A stretch of DNA of 63,014 nt, the filler included. It is 4 parts of 4 records of this genome, joined end to end, with 100 filler letters (N's around TTAATTAATTAA, not from the genome) between each part and the next. Parts side by side here need not be neighbours in the genome. Positions count along the whole stretch, not along the records: positions 39,706 to 57,866 come from SRR31147125_4613; 3 more parts are not named here. One strand, written 5' to 3'. The notes under the pieces are model-generated. The model was not told the origin of the DNA and searched no databases. It worked only from the letters and a program-made list of their open reading frames with translations. The translations under genes were made by a program, and so were the position numbers. Below are positions 40,203 to 50,121 of this stretch, one piece after another (within the stretch, counting starts at the first letter, position 1; each line of letters starts with the position of its first letter).

Positions 40203-41596
40203 AAATTGAAGTAGTTTTTAGCATTGTAATATGCAATATCTTCAACTATCTTACTCAATGTTTCTTCATCATTTGGAAAGTATCCTTTTTCGACTTCTTC
40301 TCCAATGATTTGACATATCAGTCTTCTAAAGTATTCATGTCTAGGATAAGATAAATAACTTCTAGAATCTGTTAACATACCCACAAAGCGTGCAAGTAAA
40401 CCATTGTTACCGAGTGCTTTGATTTGTTTAGTCATACCATCAATGGTATCTAAGAACCACCATGATGATCCAAACTGTAATTTACCTGGAATGCCATCAC
40501 CTTGAAATGATTGCATCGTTGTAATAGCAACTTCAAAATCTCTAGGATTAAGTGTGTATAAAATGGTTCTTGGTAATTGATCACTACCATCAAGTTTATC
40601 TAGTAACATTGATAGTGGTTTTGCGATAAGACCATCATTAATTGCATCAAATCCAGTATCTGGACCTAATGATTCGAGTCTTCTTTTGTTTAAGTTTCTA
40701 TGAGCACCAATGTGATATTGTTGTACCCATCCATGTGCATGATATGTTTTACCAAGAAACACTAACACATGTGCTTTATATTTTGATACTTCACTTTTTG
40801 TAAGCACTTGTTGATTGAGTGCTTTTTTTAATATAGCATCTATTTCAGTTCTTGTTGAATCTTCATAAACAATTTCATCTAATCCATGGTCTGATAATCT
40901 ACAGCCATGTTTGTGAAAAAATTCAATTCTTTCTTCTATAGCTTTTTCTAATTGATCAATTGATGTAATGTCAAATCCAACAACTTCGCCAAGTTTTGCA
41001 ATCCATTCTCCAAACCAATCTAGTTCAATATTAATGGCTTTGTCTGGTCTAAATGCCGGTAAAACTTTGACTTTAAAACTATCATCTTGTGCAAGTTTTT
41101 CATGCCATTCCAATGAATCTGTTGGATCATCAGTTGTTACAACTGTTTCAACATGGCTCATTTCAATCAGTTTTCTTGCTGATAATTTTTCTAATTGCTG
41201 ATTTACATCATCATATATTTTTTTTGCTGTCCTTGGACTTAACAATTCATGAATACCAAAGAAATTTTTTAATTCAAAATGTGTCCAATGATAAAGGGGA
41301 TTACCAATGAGTAATGGAACAACTTCAGCCCATTTCATAAATTTTTCAAATTCTGGTTGATCACCTGTAATATAATCTTCTGATACACCATTTGCTCTCA
41401 TTAATCGCCATTTGTAATGATCACCTGACAACCAAGCGTCAAACAAATTTCTAAACTTTTTATCTTCATATATTTCTTTAGGATCCAAATGACAATGGTA
41501 ATCAATGATTGGAAGTTTTTTTGCATAATTGTGAAATAATTTCTTTGCTACATCGTTGTGAAGCAAGAAATCATCATGAATAAATTGTTTTTCCAT
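40199..41596 (-). CDS. uxaC: Uronate isomerase
   Basis: PIIDYHCHL, GDHYKWRLMR, GNPLYHWTH, TTDDP, WWFLD, GMLTDSRSYLSYPRHEYFRR. Confidence 0.96.
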   Translation of the reverse strand: MEKQFIHDDFLLHNDVAKKLFHNYAKKLPIIDYHCHLDPKEIYEDKKFRNLFDAWLSGDHYKWRLMRANGVSEDYITGDQPEFEKFMKWAEVVPLLIGNPLYHWTHFELKNFFGIHELLSPRTAKKIYDDVNQQLEKLSARKLIEMSHVETVVTTDDPTDSLEWHEKLAQDDSFKVKVLPAFRPDKAINIELDWFGEWIAKLGEVVGFDITSIDQLEKAIEERIEFFHKHGCRLSDHGLDEIVYEDSTRTEIDAILKKALNQQVLTKSEVSKYKAHVLVFLGKTYHAHGWVQQYHIGAHRNLNKRRLESLGPDTGFDAINDGLIAKPLSMLLDKLDGSDQLPRTILYTLNPRDFEVAITTMQSFQGDGIPGKLQFGSSWWFLDTIDGMTKQIKALGNNGLLARFVGMLTDSRSYLSYPRHEYFRRLICQIIGEEVEKGYFPNDEETLSKIVEDIAYYNAKNYFNF

Positions 41597-41609
41597 CTTG
41601 TGCTACCAA

Positions 41610-43088
41610 TTATAGAATGACACCATCTTTGAAGATTGCTATCTCTCTAAAATTATTCCTTTCATTGTTAGTTTGTTTTCCGTTAACAACTTCGACAATA
41701 AAATCGATAAATCGATCAAGTACAACATCCATTGAATCTCCATCAATCAGTGAGCCTGCATTAAAATCAATCCAATTTGGTTTACGTTTGTAAATATCTG
41801 TGTTTGTTGAGACTTTAATGGTTGGTACAAATCCACCAAACGGTGTACCTCTACCTGTAGAAAATAATACAAGTTGGCACCCTGACATCCCAAGTGTTGT
41901 TACTGAAACTAAATCATTCCCGGGTGCACTAATTAAGTTTAAACCTTTTGTTTTTAATCGTTGCGTATGCTGTAATACATCACAAACAACGCTTGATCCA
42001 CCCTTTTGTGTACATCCTAATGATTTATCTTCTAATGTTGTAATACCACCATTTTTATTCCCTGGTGAAGGATTGTCATAAATGACTTGGTTATGTGCTT
42101 TATAATAATTTTTAAAATCATTAATTAAATTTACAGTTTTATCAAATACTTCTTTATTTTTGGCGCGTCCCATAAGAATTTTTTCTGCCCCAAACATTTC
42201 AGGTACTTCAGTTAGCACAGTTGTTCCACCATAATGTGTCACATAATCAGAAAGTTTTCCTAATAATGGATTAGCAGTAATACCACTAAAGCCATCTGAT
42301 CCGCCACATTTTAAACCAATACTTAATTCAGAAACATCTGCTTCGACTCTTTGATCTTTTATCAATGTTTGATAAAGTTCTTCTAAAACATTTTCAGAAG
42401 CTTCAATTTCATCAAATACTTCTTGCATGGTTAAGAACTTGATACGGTCTTCATCATAATCATAGCTACCTTTAAATTCAGACACTTGATTATTTTCACA
42501 ACCTAATCCAAGAACTAAGACACCACCCGCATTTGGATGTTTAGAAATGTTTTGTAATGTTTCTCTTGTGTTGACATGATCATCACCCATTTGTGAACAA
42601 CCAAAAGGATGACCAAACACATGGACACCATCAAAATTTTCTGAAATCGGATGCGTTTTATTAAATAAGTCAGCAATTTGTCTAGCTTGACCTACAATAC
42701 AACCTACTGTAGGAATGATATAAATCTCATTTCTAATGCCAACTTCACCATTTTTTCTTCTATATACATTAACTTTTCTATTCTTTTGTTTAATTTTAAT
42801 ATCGTTAAATTTAGGGTCATATTGATAATCAAGAACTTCACCTAAATTAGTTGCGACATTGTGAGTGTGAACATGTTCACCTTTTTTAATTAAAGTCGTC
42901 GCATGACCGATAGGCACACCATATTTAATGATGTCTTCATTTTCATTAATATCTTTTAATGCAATTTTATGCCCTTTAACAACATCAGTTAGTATAGTAA
43001 TCTCATTAACCACTGAACCTTTTTCTACATCTTCTAGTAAAACCATGACATTGTCTTTTTCAGGGTTTATAATTAAGTATTTCGCCAT
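41610..43088 (-). CDS. uxaA: Altronate dehydratase
   Basis: SAF domain GHKIAL..HTHN, HPFGCSQ.GDD, GLKCGGSDGFSG, EVPEMFGAE, TGRGTP. Confidence 0.95.
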   Translation of the reverse strand: MAKYLIINPEKDNVMVLLEDVEKGSVVNEITILTDVVKGHKIALKDINENEDIIKYGVPIGHATTLIKKGEHVHTHNVATNLGEVLDYQYDPKFNDIKIKQKNRKVNVYRRKNGEVGIRNEIYIIPTVGCIVGQARQIADLFNKTHPISENFDGVHVFGHPFGCSQMGDDHVNTRETLQNISKHPNAGGVLVLGLGCENNQVSEFKGSYDYDEDRIKFLTMQEVFDEIEASENVLEELYQTLIKDQRVEADVSELSIGLKCGGSDGFSGITANPLLGKLSDYVTHYGGTTVLTEVPEMFGAEKILMGRAKNKEVFDKTVNLINDFKNYYKAHNQVIYDNPSPGNKNGGITTLEDKSLGCTQKGGSSVVCDVLQHTQRLKTKGLNLISAPGNDLVSVTTLGMSGCQLVLFSTGRGTPFGGFVPTIKVSTNTDIYKRKPNWIDFNAGSLIDGDSMDVVLDRFIDFIVEVVNGKQTNNERNNFREIAIFKDGVIL

Positions 43089-43093
43089 GTATG

Positions 43094-44536
43094 TTAACTT
43101 CCTTCCATTAAAGCAATCAATGCTTTTTCCATGCCATTTTCTAAGATATTATTAACATATTGACAAATAATTTCTTGAATAGCAGGTTTTTTTAAATAGT
43201 CTGTTTGCCAATGAGATAATTCTGTGATGCGTGATACGATAGTTTTAATATCATTTGTTTCCCATAGTTTTTTAAATAAATCAATAAAAACTTGATCATC
43301 ATTGAGTGCAATTTCTTGTCCTTCTAAATCTATTCCTCTATAGAAAACAATCCAAGCAGCAAATGCAAATAAACCATGATAAGCAATTTTACCTTGTTTA
43401 TCAAAATCTAAAACTGTCGGTAAGACTCTCGTTTTATATTTTGTCATTGAATTTAGAGAAATTGACATTAATAAATGATGAATAAATGGATTTTTATATC
43501 TTTCTAATACACTTTTGGCAAAAGCATCCATTTCTTCTTTTGGTAAATCTATGGTCGGTACAACTTCATTGAATATAAAATGATTTAAATATTGATTTAA
43601 TAATTGATCCTCTACAGATTCTCTAACAGCACGTTTACCAGCAAGATATGCCACAGGCACTAAAGCTGTATGTGAACCGTTTAGAATTTTAACTTTTCTT
43701 TGTTTATAAGGAACGATTGATTCAACAAAATGAACTGATAATCCTGATTGATCAAAAGGTAACACTTTTTTTAGATGTTCTGTAGGCCCATCAATCACCC
43801 ATAAATGGAAAATTTCACCTTTGACCATTGAATGATCTAAATATCCGAGTGATGCTTCAATTTCTTTAGCATGATCCCTAGGATATCCCGGTACAATTCG
43901 ATCAACTAATGTATTATAATATCGATTATCATTTAATAACCAGTCGATAAAATCTTCATTGTAATGATTAAAAATAGCGAGTTTTTCTAAGATTGACTTT
44001 AATGTATCACCATTATAATCAATAAGTTCACAAGGAACGATATCAAGTGATGCTGCTTTTTTATTATCAAAAGCATCAAATCTAGTTTTTAAAAATAACA
44101 ATAACTTGCCTGGAAAACTTTGTGGTGTAATGGTTGCATCTAATTTTTCTGCAACAAACGCAATACCCGCTTCAGTTGTATTAGAAATAACAACTTCTAA
44201 ATCTTTACTCTTAGCGAGTTCTAGATAAATATCTAGCGACTTAAACGGATCAATAAGTTGTGAAATAACATCAATAATTTGGTGTTGTTTCACAACTTCA
44301 CCTTTAGAAATGCCTTCCAAAAATAATGTATATAAGCCATCTTGTTCTTTCATCGCATCAATACGACCAAATGGCATCGGTTGAATGACAGCAACATTAC
44401 TATTAATAAGTTCTTTGTCATTTAAAATTTGAATAAAATTATCTATAAAAGCACGCAAAAAGTTACCTTCACCAAACTGTACTATGCGTATAGGTCTATC
44501 ATGAGTTTGGTGGAGTGTTCTGTTTAATCTCTTCAT
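43094..44536 (-). CDS. uxaB: Tagaturonate reductase (altronate oxidoreductase)
   Basis: QFGEGNFLRAF, SNTTEAGI, PCELI, TLVDRIVPG, RKVKILNGSHT. Confidence 0.95.
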   Translation of the reverse strand: MKRLNRTLHQTHDRPIRIVQFGEGNFLRAFIDNFIQILNDKELINSNVAVIQPMPFGRIDAMKEQDGLYTLFLEGISKGEVVKQHQIIDVISQLIDPFKSLDIYLELAKSKDLEVVISNTTEAGIAFVAEKLDATITPQSFPGKLLLFLKTRFDAFDNKKAASLDIVPCELIDYNGDTLKSILEKLAIFNHYNEDFIDWLLNDNRYYNTLVDRIVPGYPRDHAKEIEASLGYLDHSMVKGEIFHLWVIDGPTEHLKKVLPFDQSGLSVHFVESIVPYKQRKVKILNGSHTALVPVAYLAGKRAVRESVEDQLLNQYLNHFIFNEVVPTIDLPKEEMDAFAKSVLERYKNPFIHHLLMSISLNSMTKYKTRVLPTVLDFDKQGKIAYHGLFAFAAWIVFYRGIDLEGQEIALNDDQVFIDLFKKLWETNDIKTIVSRITELSHWQTDYLKKPAIQEIICQYVNNILENGMEKALIALMEGS

Positions 44537-44562
44537 TCCATATCTCCATCGTGTATATTTAG

Positions 44563-44578
44563 CCGTCTATATATACGG
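44563..44578. promoter_or_regulatory. Possible operator upstream of uxaB (candidate IclR/KdgR site)
   Basis: CCGT-CTATATAT-ACGG dyad 27 bp before the start codon; TATATATACG recurs at about 44681. Confidence 0.35.
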
Positions 44579-44696
44579 ACGCCGTTTATTACAAATATAT
44601 TTTAGCATGTTTTTGTATACGTGTCAATACCAAATGATAGGGTTTTCATTATTTTTTTGTTGTAATTGCGATTTTTTATTTATATATACGAATTAT

Positions 44697-46097
44697 TTAA
44701 CTTGTTAAATACATACCCATATATCCATTGATTTTTAATCGATGAATAAATATATGATAGAATACAATGGCTAGCATTAAAGTTAAAAAATTACTTAAAA
44801 ACATAATATATCCTAAAGCGACATAATCAACACCTATATATCTAAATAAAAATAACAAAGGCAATCTAAATAAGAAGAGTCTAGATACGTTTAATATAAA
44901 AGAAACTTTCGTAAATTTAAATCCAATAAACAATCCACCTAGAATTGCAATCGCTGATGATGTAATTGATGACCAGCGTTCATACATATATATATCTTTA
45001 ATCATTTGGAAATACACTGGATCTTGACTGTTTGTAAACAATGGAATCACTTGATCTATAAAAATAGATGTCAAAATAATACCAGTTGCTGAAATTAAAA
45101 TAGCGCATATGTGAGCTATCTTATTTGCACTAATCGCTCTTTTTAATTGCTTTTGTCCTAAATTTTGAGAAATGACCGATGTTTCAGATTCTTCAAATAC
45201 ACTAGCAGCAGATCCTGCTGCACCACCTATTTTAGTAGCAATACCCAATGCAGCTACTGCTGCTGCTCCATAATATATAGCCATACTATTAATGAGTACT
45301 TTTCCCATGCTAAATAAAAATTTACCTGTAATGACAGGTATTGCAATAATTAAAATTGTTTTAAAGTAGATTATCGGCAGTTTCATAGATGTCAAGCTTA
45401 GTCTTAATGAATTGTTTTTATCAAATAAAACAAACAATGCAACTACCATTAATACAATTTGTCCAATCATGGTTGCCAATGCAACATACATCGCACCAAG
45501 TCCCAAAGCGAATACAAAAATAGCTGATAATATTAACTTAACAACCATAGCAATCAAATTAAGAATAAGAATGAGATTTGTATTTCCTTTGGCTTTTTCT
45601 AAACCCATATATACACTATTAATAGCCATAATGCCAGTTGTTATCATTTGAACAATATAATACGTATAACCTGCATCAATCATTTCTTGTGATGCGTTTA
45701 AGATATGCAATAATTGCTTCCCAAATATGACTGATAAACATACTGCAACAAAACTAAACAGAACGGCAATCATAAAAGATGCATTGGCATGTTTTCTTGC
45801 TTCAACGATATTATTTTCTCCATAAAATCTTGCCACTATAACAGATCCACCTGCAGCAATCCCTGCACCAAACGCAGTCATCGCTTGTTTAATTTCATCA
45901 ATAAATACAACCGATGCAACTTCATTATCGCCGATATATGCAACCATTAATAAATCAAAAAAACCATATAAATAATTAAACAAGCCATACACTGCTAAAG
46001 GCAATGTTAATTGAATCATGACTTTCCATATGGATCCTTCTAATATAAATGTTCTTCTCTTTTTTTCTTTGGGTGTTAGTTTTGTTATTTCTTTCAT
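44697..46097 (-). CDS. MATE family transporter
   Basis: ILEGSIWK....LTLP, GGSVIVARFYG, KAKGNT, SQNLG; about 12 TM. Confidence 0.88.
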   Translation of the reverse strand: MKEITKLTPKEKKRRTFILEGSIWKVMIQLTLPLAVYGLFNYLYGFFDLLMVAYIGDNEVASVVFIDEIKQAMTAFGAGIAAGGSVIVARFYGENNIVEARKHANASFMIAVLFSFVAVCLSVIFGKQLLHILNASQEMIDAGYTYYIVQMITTGIMAINSVYMGLEKAKGNTNLILILNLIAMVVKLILSAIFVFALGLGAMYVALATMIGQIVLMVVALFVLFDKNNSLRLSLTSMKLPIIYFKTILIIAIPVITGKFLFSMGKVLINSMAIYYGAAAVAALGIATKIGGAAGSAASVFEESETSVISQNLGQKQLKRAISANKIAHICAILISATGIILTSIFIDQVIPLFTNSQDPVYFQMIKDIYMYERWSSITSSAIAILGGLFIGFKFTKVSFILNVSRLFLFRLPLLFLFRYIGVDYVALGYIMFLSNFLTLMLAIVFYHIFIHRLKINGYMGMYLTS

Positions 46098-46257
46098 TGT
46101 CGTCCTATATTTTGACTTAAAATCTATTATAATAGACAAATTTCGACTTTAGACATTGTATGATATAACAAAAGCATTTCGATGTCAATAAACTCCTCTT
46201 TTTTCTTTTATTACATATTTAACATGTTATAATGTTAGCGAAATGGAGTGATAACAC

Positions 46258-47397
46258 ATGTATTCAACAACAATTGAAAAATTTATTGATAAAATGATAG
46301 AACGTTCAACGCCAGATGCACCTTATTGGAACATTGAAGCAATCAAAGGCGGTAAACCACCACATTGGAATTATATTGATGGATGTATGATGACATCTTT
46401 ATTATCTTTATATCAAGAAACAAAACATGAGAAATATATTAATTTTGTGAAAGAATATATTGACTATTATGTCAATGAAGATGGCTCTATACTAGGTTAT
46501 GATCCAACAAAATATAGCACAGATGATATATGTGAGAGTAGAATTTTATTTGATTTATATCAGATGACTCAAAAAGAAAAATATCAAAAAGCTATTGAAT
46601 TCACATTTCAACAAGTTTTAAATCATCCGCGTACTATCGATGGTAATTTCTGGCATAAAAAAATCTATCCAAATCAAGTTTGGTTAGATGGTTTATTTAT
46701 GGCTCTTCCTTTTTATACACAATATGAAACTTATCAAAACAATAAGAAAAATTATCAAGATATTTTACTACAATTTAAAAATGTTAGAAAACATATGTTT
46801 AACGAAGATAAACAACTATATTATCATGGTTACGATGCCTCTAAAAAAGTATTTTGGGCTGATAAAAACACTGGTTTATCAAAAAACTTTTGGTTGCGTG
46901 CACTGGGATGGTATGTTGTAGCAATTGTTGATGTTGCATCATTTATGGATGACTCAAATATCGTTAATCATGAATTAAAACCTTTATTAAAAGAAGCAAT
47001 TGATGGTTTACTACAATATCAAGATGGCAAAACTAAACTATTCTATGATGTGATTGATTTAGTTGATGAACCTAAAAACTATTTAGAATCAAGTGGCTCT
47101 TCGCTCGTCAGCTATGCCATATTAAAAGGCGCGCGTTTAGGGCTTCTACCGCAGTCTTATTTAAAGATTGGACAAGAAATATTTACTGGTATATGTGACC
47201 ATTTCTTATCTGAAAAAGATGGCGATTTAAACATGAAAGGAATTGTCCTTGTATCTGGATTAGGTCCAGAAAACAATTTGAGAAGAGATGGTACATTTGC
47301 ATACTACATGTCAGAACCTATCGTTGAAAACGATGCAAAAGGTGTAGGTCCACTCATCATGGCTTATACAGAAATGCTAAGAAATCATTTATTATAA
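46258..47397 (+). CDS. GH105 unsaturated rhamnogalacturonyl hydrolase (YteR-like)
   Basis: WNYIDG, GNFWHKKIYPNQVWLDGLFM, YYHGYD, FWLRALGW, YLESSGS. Confidence 0.92.
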   Translation: MYSTTIEKFIDKMIERSTPDAPYWNIEAIKGGKPPHWNYIDGCMMTSLLSLYQETKHEKYINFVKEYIDYYVNEDGSILGYDPTKYSTDDICESRILFDLYQMTQKEKYQKAIEFTFQQVLNHPRTIDGNFWHKKIYPNQVWLDGLFMALPFYTQYETYQNNKKNYQDILLQFKNVRKHMFNEDKQLYYHGYDASKKVFWADKNTGLSKNFWLRALGWYVVAIVDVASFMDDSNIVNHELKPLLKEAIDGLLQYQDGKTKLFYDVIDLVDEPKNYLESSGSSLVSYAILKGARLGLLPQSYLKIGQEIFTGICDHFLSEKDGDLNMKGIVLVSGLGPENNLRRDGTFAYYMSEPIVENDAKGVGPLIMAYTEMLRNHLL

Positions 47398-47401
47398 AAA
47401 C

Positions 47402-47429
47402 AATGTCGTCCTGATTACAGGGCGACATT
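47402..47429. terminator. Bidirectional terminator
   Basis: AATGTCGTCCTG-ATTA-CAGGGCGACATT. Confidence 0.75.
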
Positions 47430-47445
47430 TATTTTTCTTTATGAA

Positions 47446-48192
47446 TTATTTTAATGCATCAGATATTATTCGAGAGGTTTTTAATATTTCTTGTAATTCA
47501 ACACCGAGGTTTTTAATCTCATTATTAAATCCTGAGACTGACATGCTTGCGACTACTTTTCCATCTTTATTGAATATAGGCGCACCAAAACAAATCACGC
47601 CTTCTTCGTTTTCTTCGTTATCTATAGCAAATCCTCTTTTTTTCGTTCTTTCTAACTCTGCGAGAAAAGATTCTTTACTTGTGATTGTATTTTTCTGATA
47701 TTTAACAAATTCTATTTGTTCAATGATTTCTTTTTGTTTTTCGCTTGTACAATTAGCAAGATATGCTTTGCCAAGTGCTGTTGAATAAATACCTTCAGTC
47801 GATCCAACTAAACTTGATGATTTAATACTTCTTGCTGGCTCACATGCTTGAATATAGACGATTTCAGCATTATATTCAACACCGATATATACGGTTTTAT
47901 TCAGTTTATTTGCAAGATCTTTAATATATGATTGATCAACTTTATTAATATCTTTTTTTGTCATGTATGTTTGACCCATTGAAAATAGTTTTTTACCTAC
48001 TACATATTTCTTAACATATTCATTTGGTTTTTCTACGACACCGATATCTAATAACGTATGGACAATATCAAAAACACTCGTTTTTGGAATATCCATTTTT
48101 TCAGATAATTCTTTTAGTGAAAGACCAGTTTCACTTTCTTCCAATAAATCTAGTATTTCAAATGTTCGATATATCGTTCTATTTAAAGCCAT
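47446..48192 (-). CDS. IclR-family regulator (KdgR-like)
   Basis: LSLKELSEKMDIPKTSVFDIVHTL, YSTALGKA.LA, RGFAIDNEE..GV.C.GAPIF. Confidence 0.92.
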   Translation of the reverse strand: MALNRTIYRTFEILDLLEESETGLSLKELSEKMDIPKTSVFDIVHTLLDIGVVEKPNEYVKKYVVGKKLFSMGQTYMTKKDINKVDQSYIKDLANKLNKTVYIGVEYNAEIVYIQACEPARSIKSSSLVGSTEGIYSTALGKAYLANCTSEKQKEIIEQIEFVKYQKNTITSKESFLAELERTKKRGFAIDNEENEEGVICFGAPIFNKDGKVVASMSVSGFNNEIKNLGVELQEILKTSRIISDALK

Positions 48193-48415
48193 GGTTATAC
48201 ATCCTTATCTTTTAAGTCATATATCTTCATGATACTTAGGCAAGTAATCTTTGTCAAGCAGTATAACATTAAGGTATACGTATGACCATATATAATTGTT
48301 TGATTTTTATCTTGTTCTTATAATATAAAAATCGCTTATTAAAGCGAATATCTATTGATAAAATGAGCTAAATCAAGTATACTAAAATTATATGATGATA
48401 CAAAGGAGCGATAAC

Positions 48416-49339
48416 ATGTATTATTTAGGTGTAGATGGTGGTGGCACCAAAACAAAAGTAGTTATTATCAATGATCAAGAACAATTATTATATGAGAACA
48501 TTGCAGGCCCTTCAAGCATAGATACTGTTACATTTGAGATATCCATAGAACATATCAATCAAGCTTTAAAACCTTGGTTTGATAAACATCCTAAAACTGT
48601 ATTTAAATCAATTTTTATCGGTGTGGGTGGCATTGTTTTCGATGAACAAAAACACATACTAAAAGACCTTTCTCGTTTACTATATGGTTATCAGACACAC
48701 ACAATCGTCCGTATAGAAAATGATATGTATAATGCACTTTTCAGTAGTGGTAATTTTGATAAAGGTATGGCTTTGATTTGTGGTACTGGTATGGTTGCTT
48801 TTGGTATTGATAAAGATGGTCATACGCATAAATCAGGGGGCTGGGGTTATAAAGAAGGTGAAATTGGATCTGGTTATGCTTTAGGAAAATCAGCGATTCA
48901 ATATATGATAAGAGCATATGATGGCAGGTATGCATTAGATGATTTTTCAAAGGAAATAGCTAAACAAATTAATTTACAAACTGCAACAGATATTGTTCCC
49001 ATTATGGAAAAACTCCACAATGATAGAACCAAAGTAGCAAGTCTTGCCCCTCTAGTTACAAAATATGCAAATCAAGGACATCCCTATGCTACAGGCATTG
49101 TAAAACATGCAACTGATGAAGTTGCACTAGCTGTAAAAGCAGTTTATAAAGCACTACAGTTCCAAGATGATATTTCATTAGTTTTAATTGGTTCTCTTGG
49201 CTTAGCTCCAGGACTATTTAATACTTTGTTAGTTAATAAAATAAATTCGATATCTTCATCAATTAAAATGATAAAAGAAATTTATAGTCCTGCTGAAGGC
49301 GCTGCGCGATACGCCAAATATTTGATCAATAAATCATAA
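48416..49339 (+). CDS. BadF/BadG/BcrA/BcrD-family sugar kinase (GlcNAc-kinase-like)
   Basis: LGVDGGGTKT, ENDM, ICGTGMVAFG, GGWGY..G..GSGY.LG. Confidence 0.88.
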   Translation: MYYLGVDGGGTKTKVVIINDQEQLLYENIAGPSSIDTVTFEISIEHINQALKPWFDKHPKTVFKSIFIGVGGIVFDEQKHILKDLSRLLYGYQTHTIVRIENDMYNALFSSGNFDKGMALICGTGMVAFGIDKDGHTHKSGGWGYKEGEIGSGYALGKSAIQYMIRAYDGRYALDDFSKEIAKQINLQTATDIVPIMEKLHNDRTKVASLAPLVTKYANQGHPYATGIVKHATDEVALAVKAVYKALQFQDDISLVLIGSLGLAPGLFNTLLVNKINSISSSIKMIKEIYSPAEGAARYAKYLINKS

Positions 49340-49354
49340 AAAATCTATAATCAT

Positions 49355-49389
49355 AAAAAATCGACATTATATTGAAATGTCGATTTTTT
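49355..49389. terminator. Bidirectional terminator
   Basis: AAAAAATCGACATT-N7-AATGTCGATTTTTT. Confidence 0.75.
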
Positions 49390-49427
49390 TCTATTTGTGA
49401 TTCAATATTTTTTTATTTACAGTTTTA

Positions 49428-50120
49428 TTATTTTAAATATTGCAATATAATTTTTGTTATGACTTCATAGCCATGCTGATTCAAATGCAATCCTTCTAAT
49501 GTATACTTTGAATCCAGCACATCTCCATCAAGCATTTCATCATAAACATTTATAAATTTTACATGCTCAATTGATTGATTCAACTGATTTAAAAGATAAA
49601 TATCTCTATTATTCCTTTTGCCAACTGTTTTAGAATCAATAGTTTGATTAACCGGTAGTACAGAAAGAAGTAAAATTTCAATTTCACTATCAAATTTTTT
49701 TATGTGTTTTACTATCTCCATCGTTCTTTGATGAATTTCACCAGCAGTTGCATCAAGTAATTCGAAATCATTGGTACCAATCAGTATAACAACTTGACTA
49801 GGTTTTAGTTGAAAAACACTCTCATCTAGACGTTTCAATACACCTTTAGTTGTATCTCCACCAATACCTCTATTATAAACATTTTTATGAGTGAAATATT
49901 CATAGACATTATAATCTTGAGTAATTGAATCCCCTAAAAATACAGTCCCATTAGGATTACTATATTTGTTATACAACTCAAAGGATTCTACTTTGTTATC
50001 ATATCCAAATTTAAACAACATATCGAAAAAATTTTTTTCAGCTCTTTTTTCTCCATATTTAAACGCTATATAAATTTCAACTGGTATTAATGCTAATAAT
50101 ACTATATTAAGATAAATCAT
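49428..50120 (-). CDS. GDSL/SGNH hydrolase, N-terminally anchored
   Basis: FLGDSIT, NRGIGGD, IGTND, EGLHLN..GY. Confidence 0.9.
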   Translation of the reverse strand: MIYLNIVLLALIPVEIYIAFKYGEKRAEKNFFDMLFKFGYDNKVESFELYNKYSNPNGTVFLGDSITQDYNVYEYFTHKNVYNRGIGGDTTKGVLKRLDESVFQLKPSQVVILIGTNDFELLDATAGEIHQRTMEIVKHIKKFDSEIEILLLSVLPVNQTIDSKTVGKRNNRDIYLLNQLNQSIEHVKFINVYDEMLDGDVLDSKYTLEGLHLNQHGYEVITKIILQYLK

Positions 50121-50121
50121 A

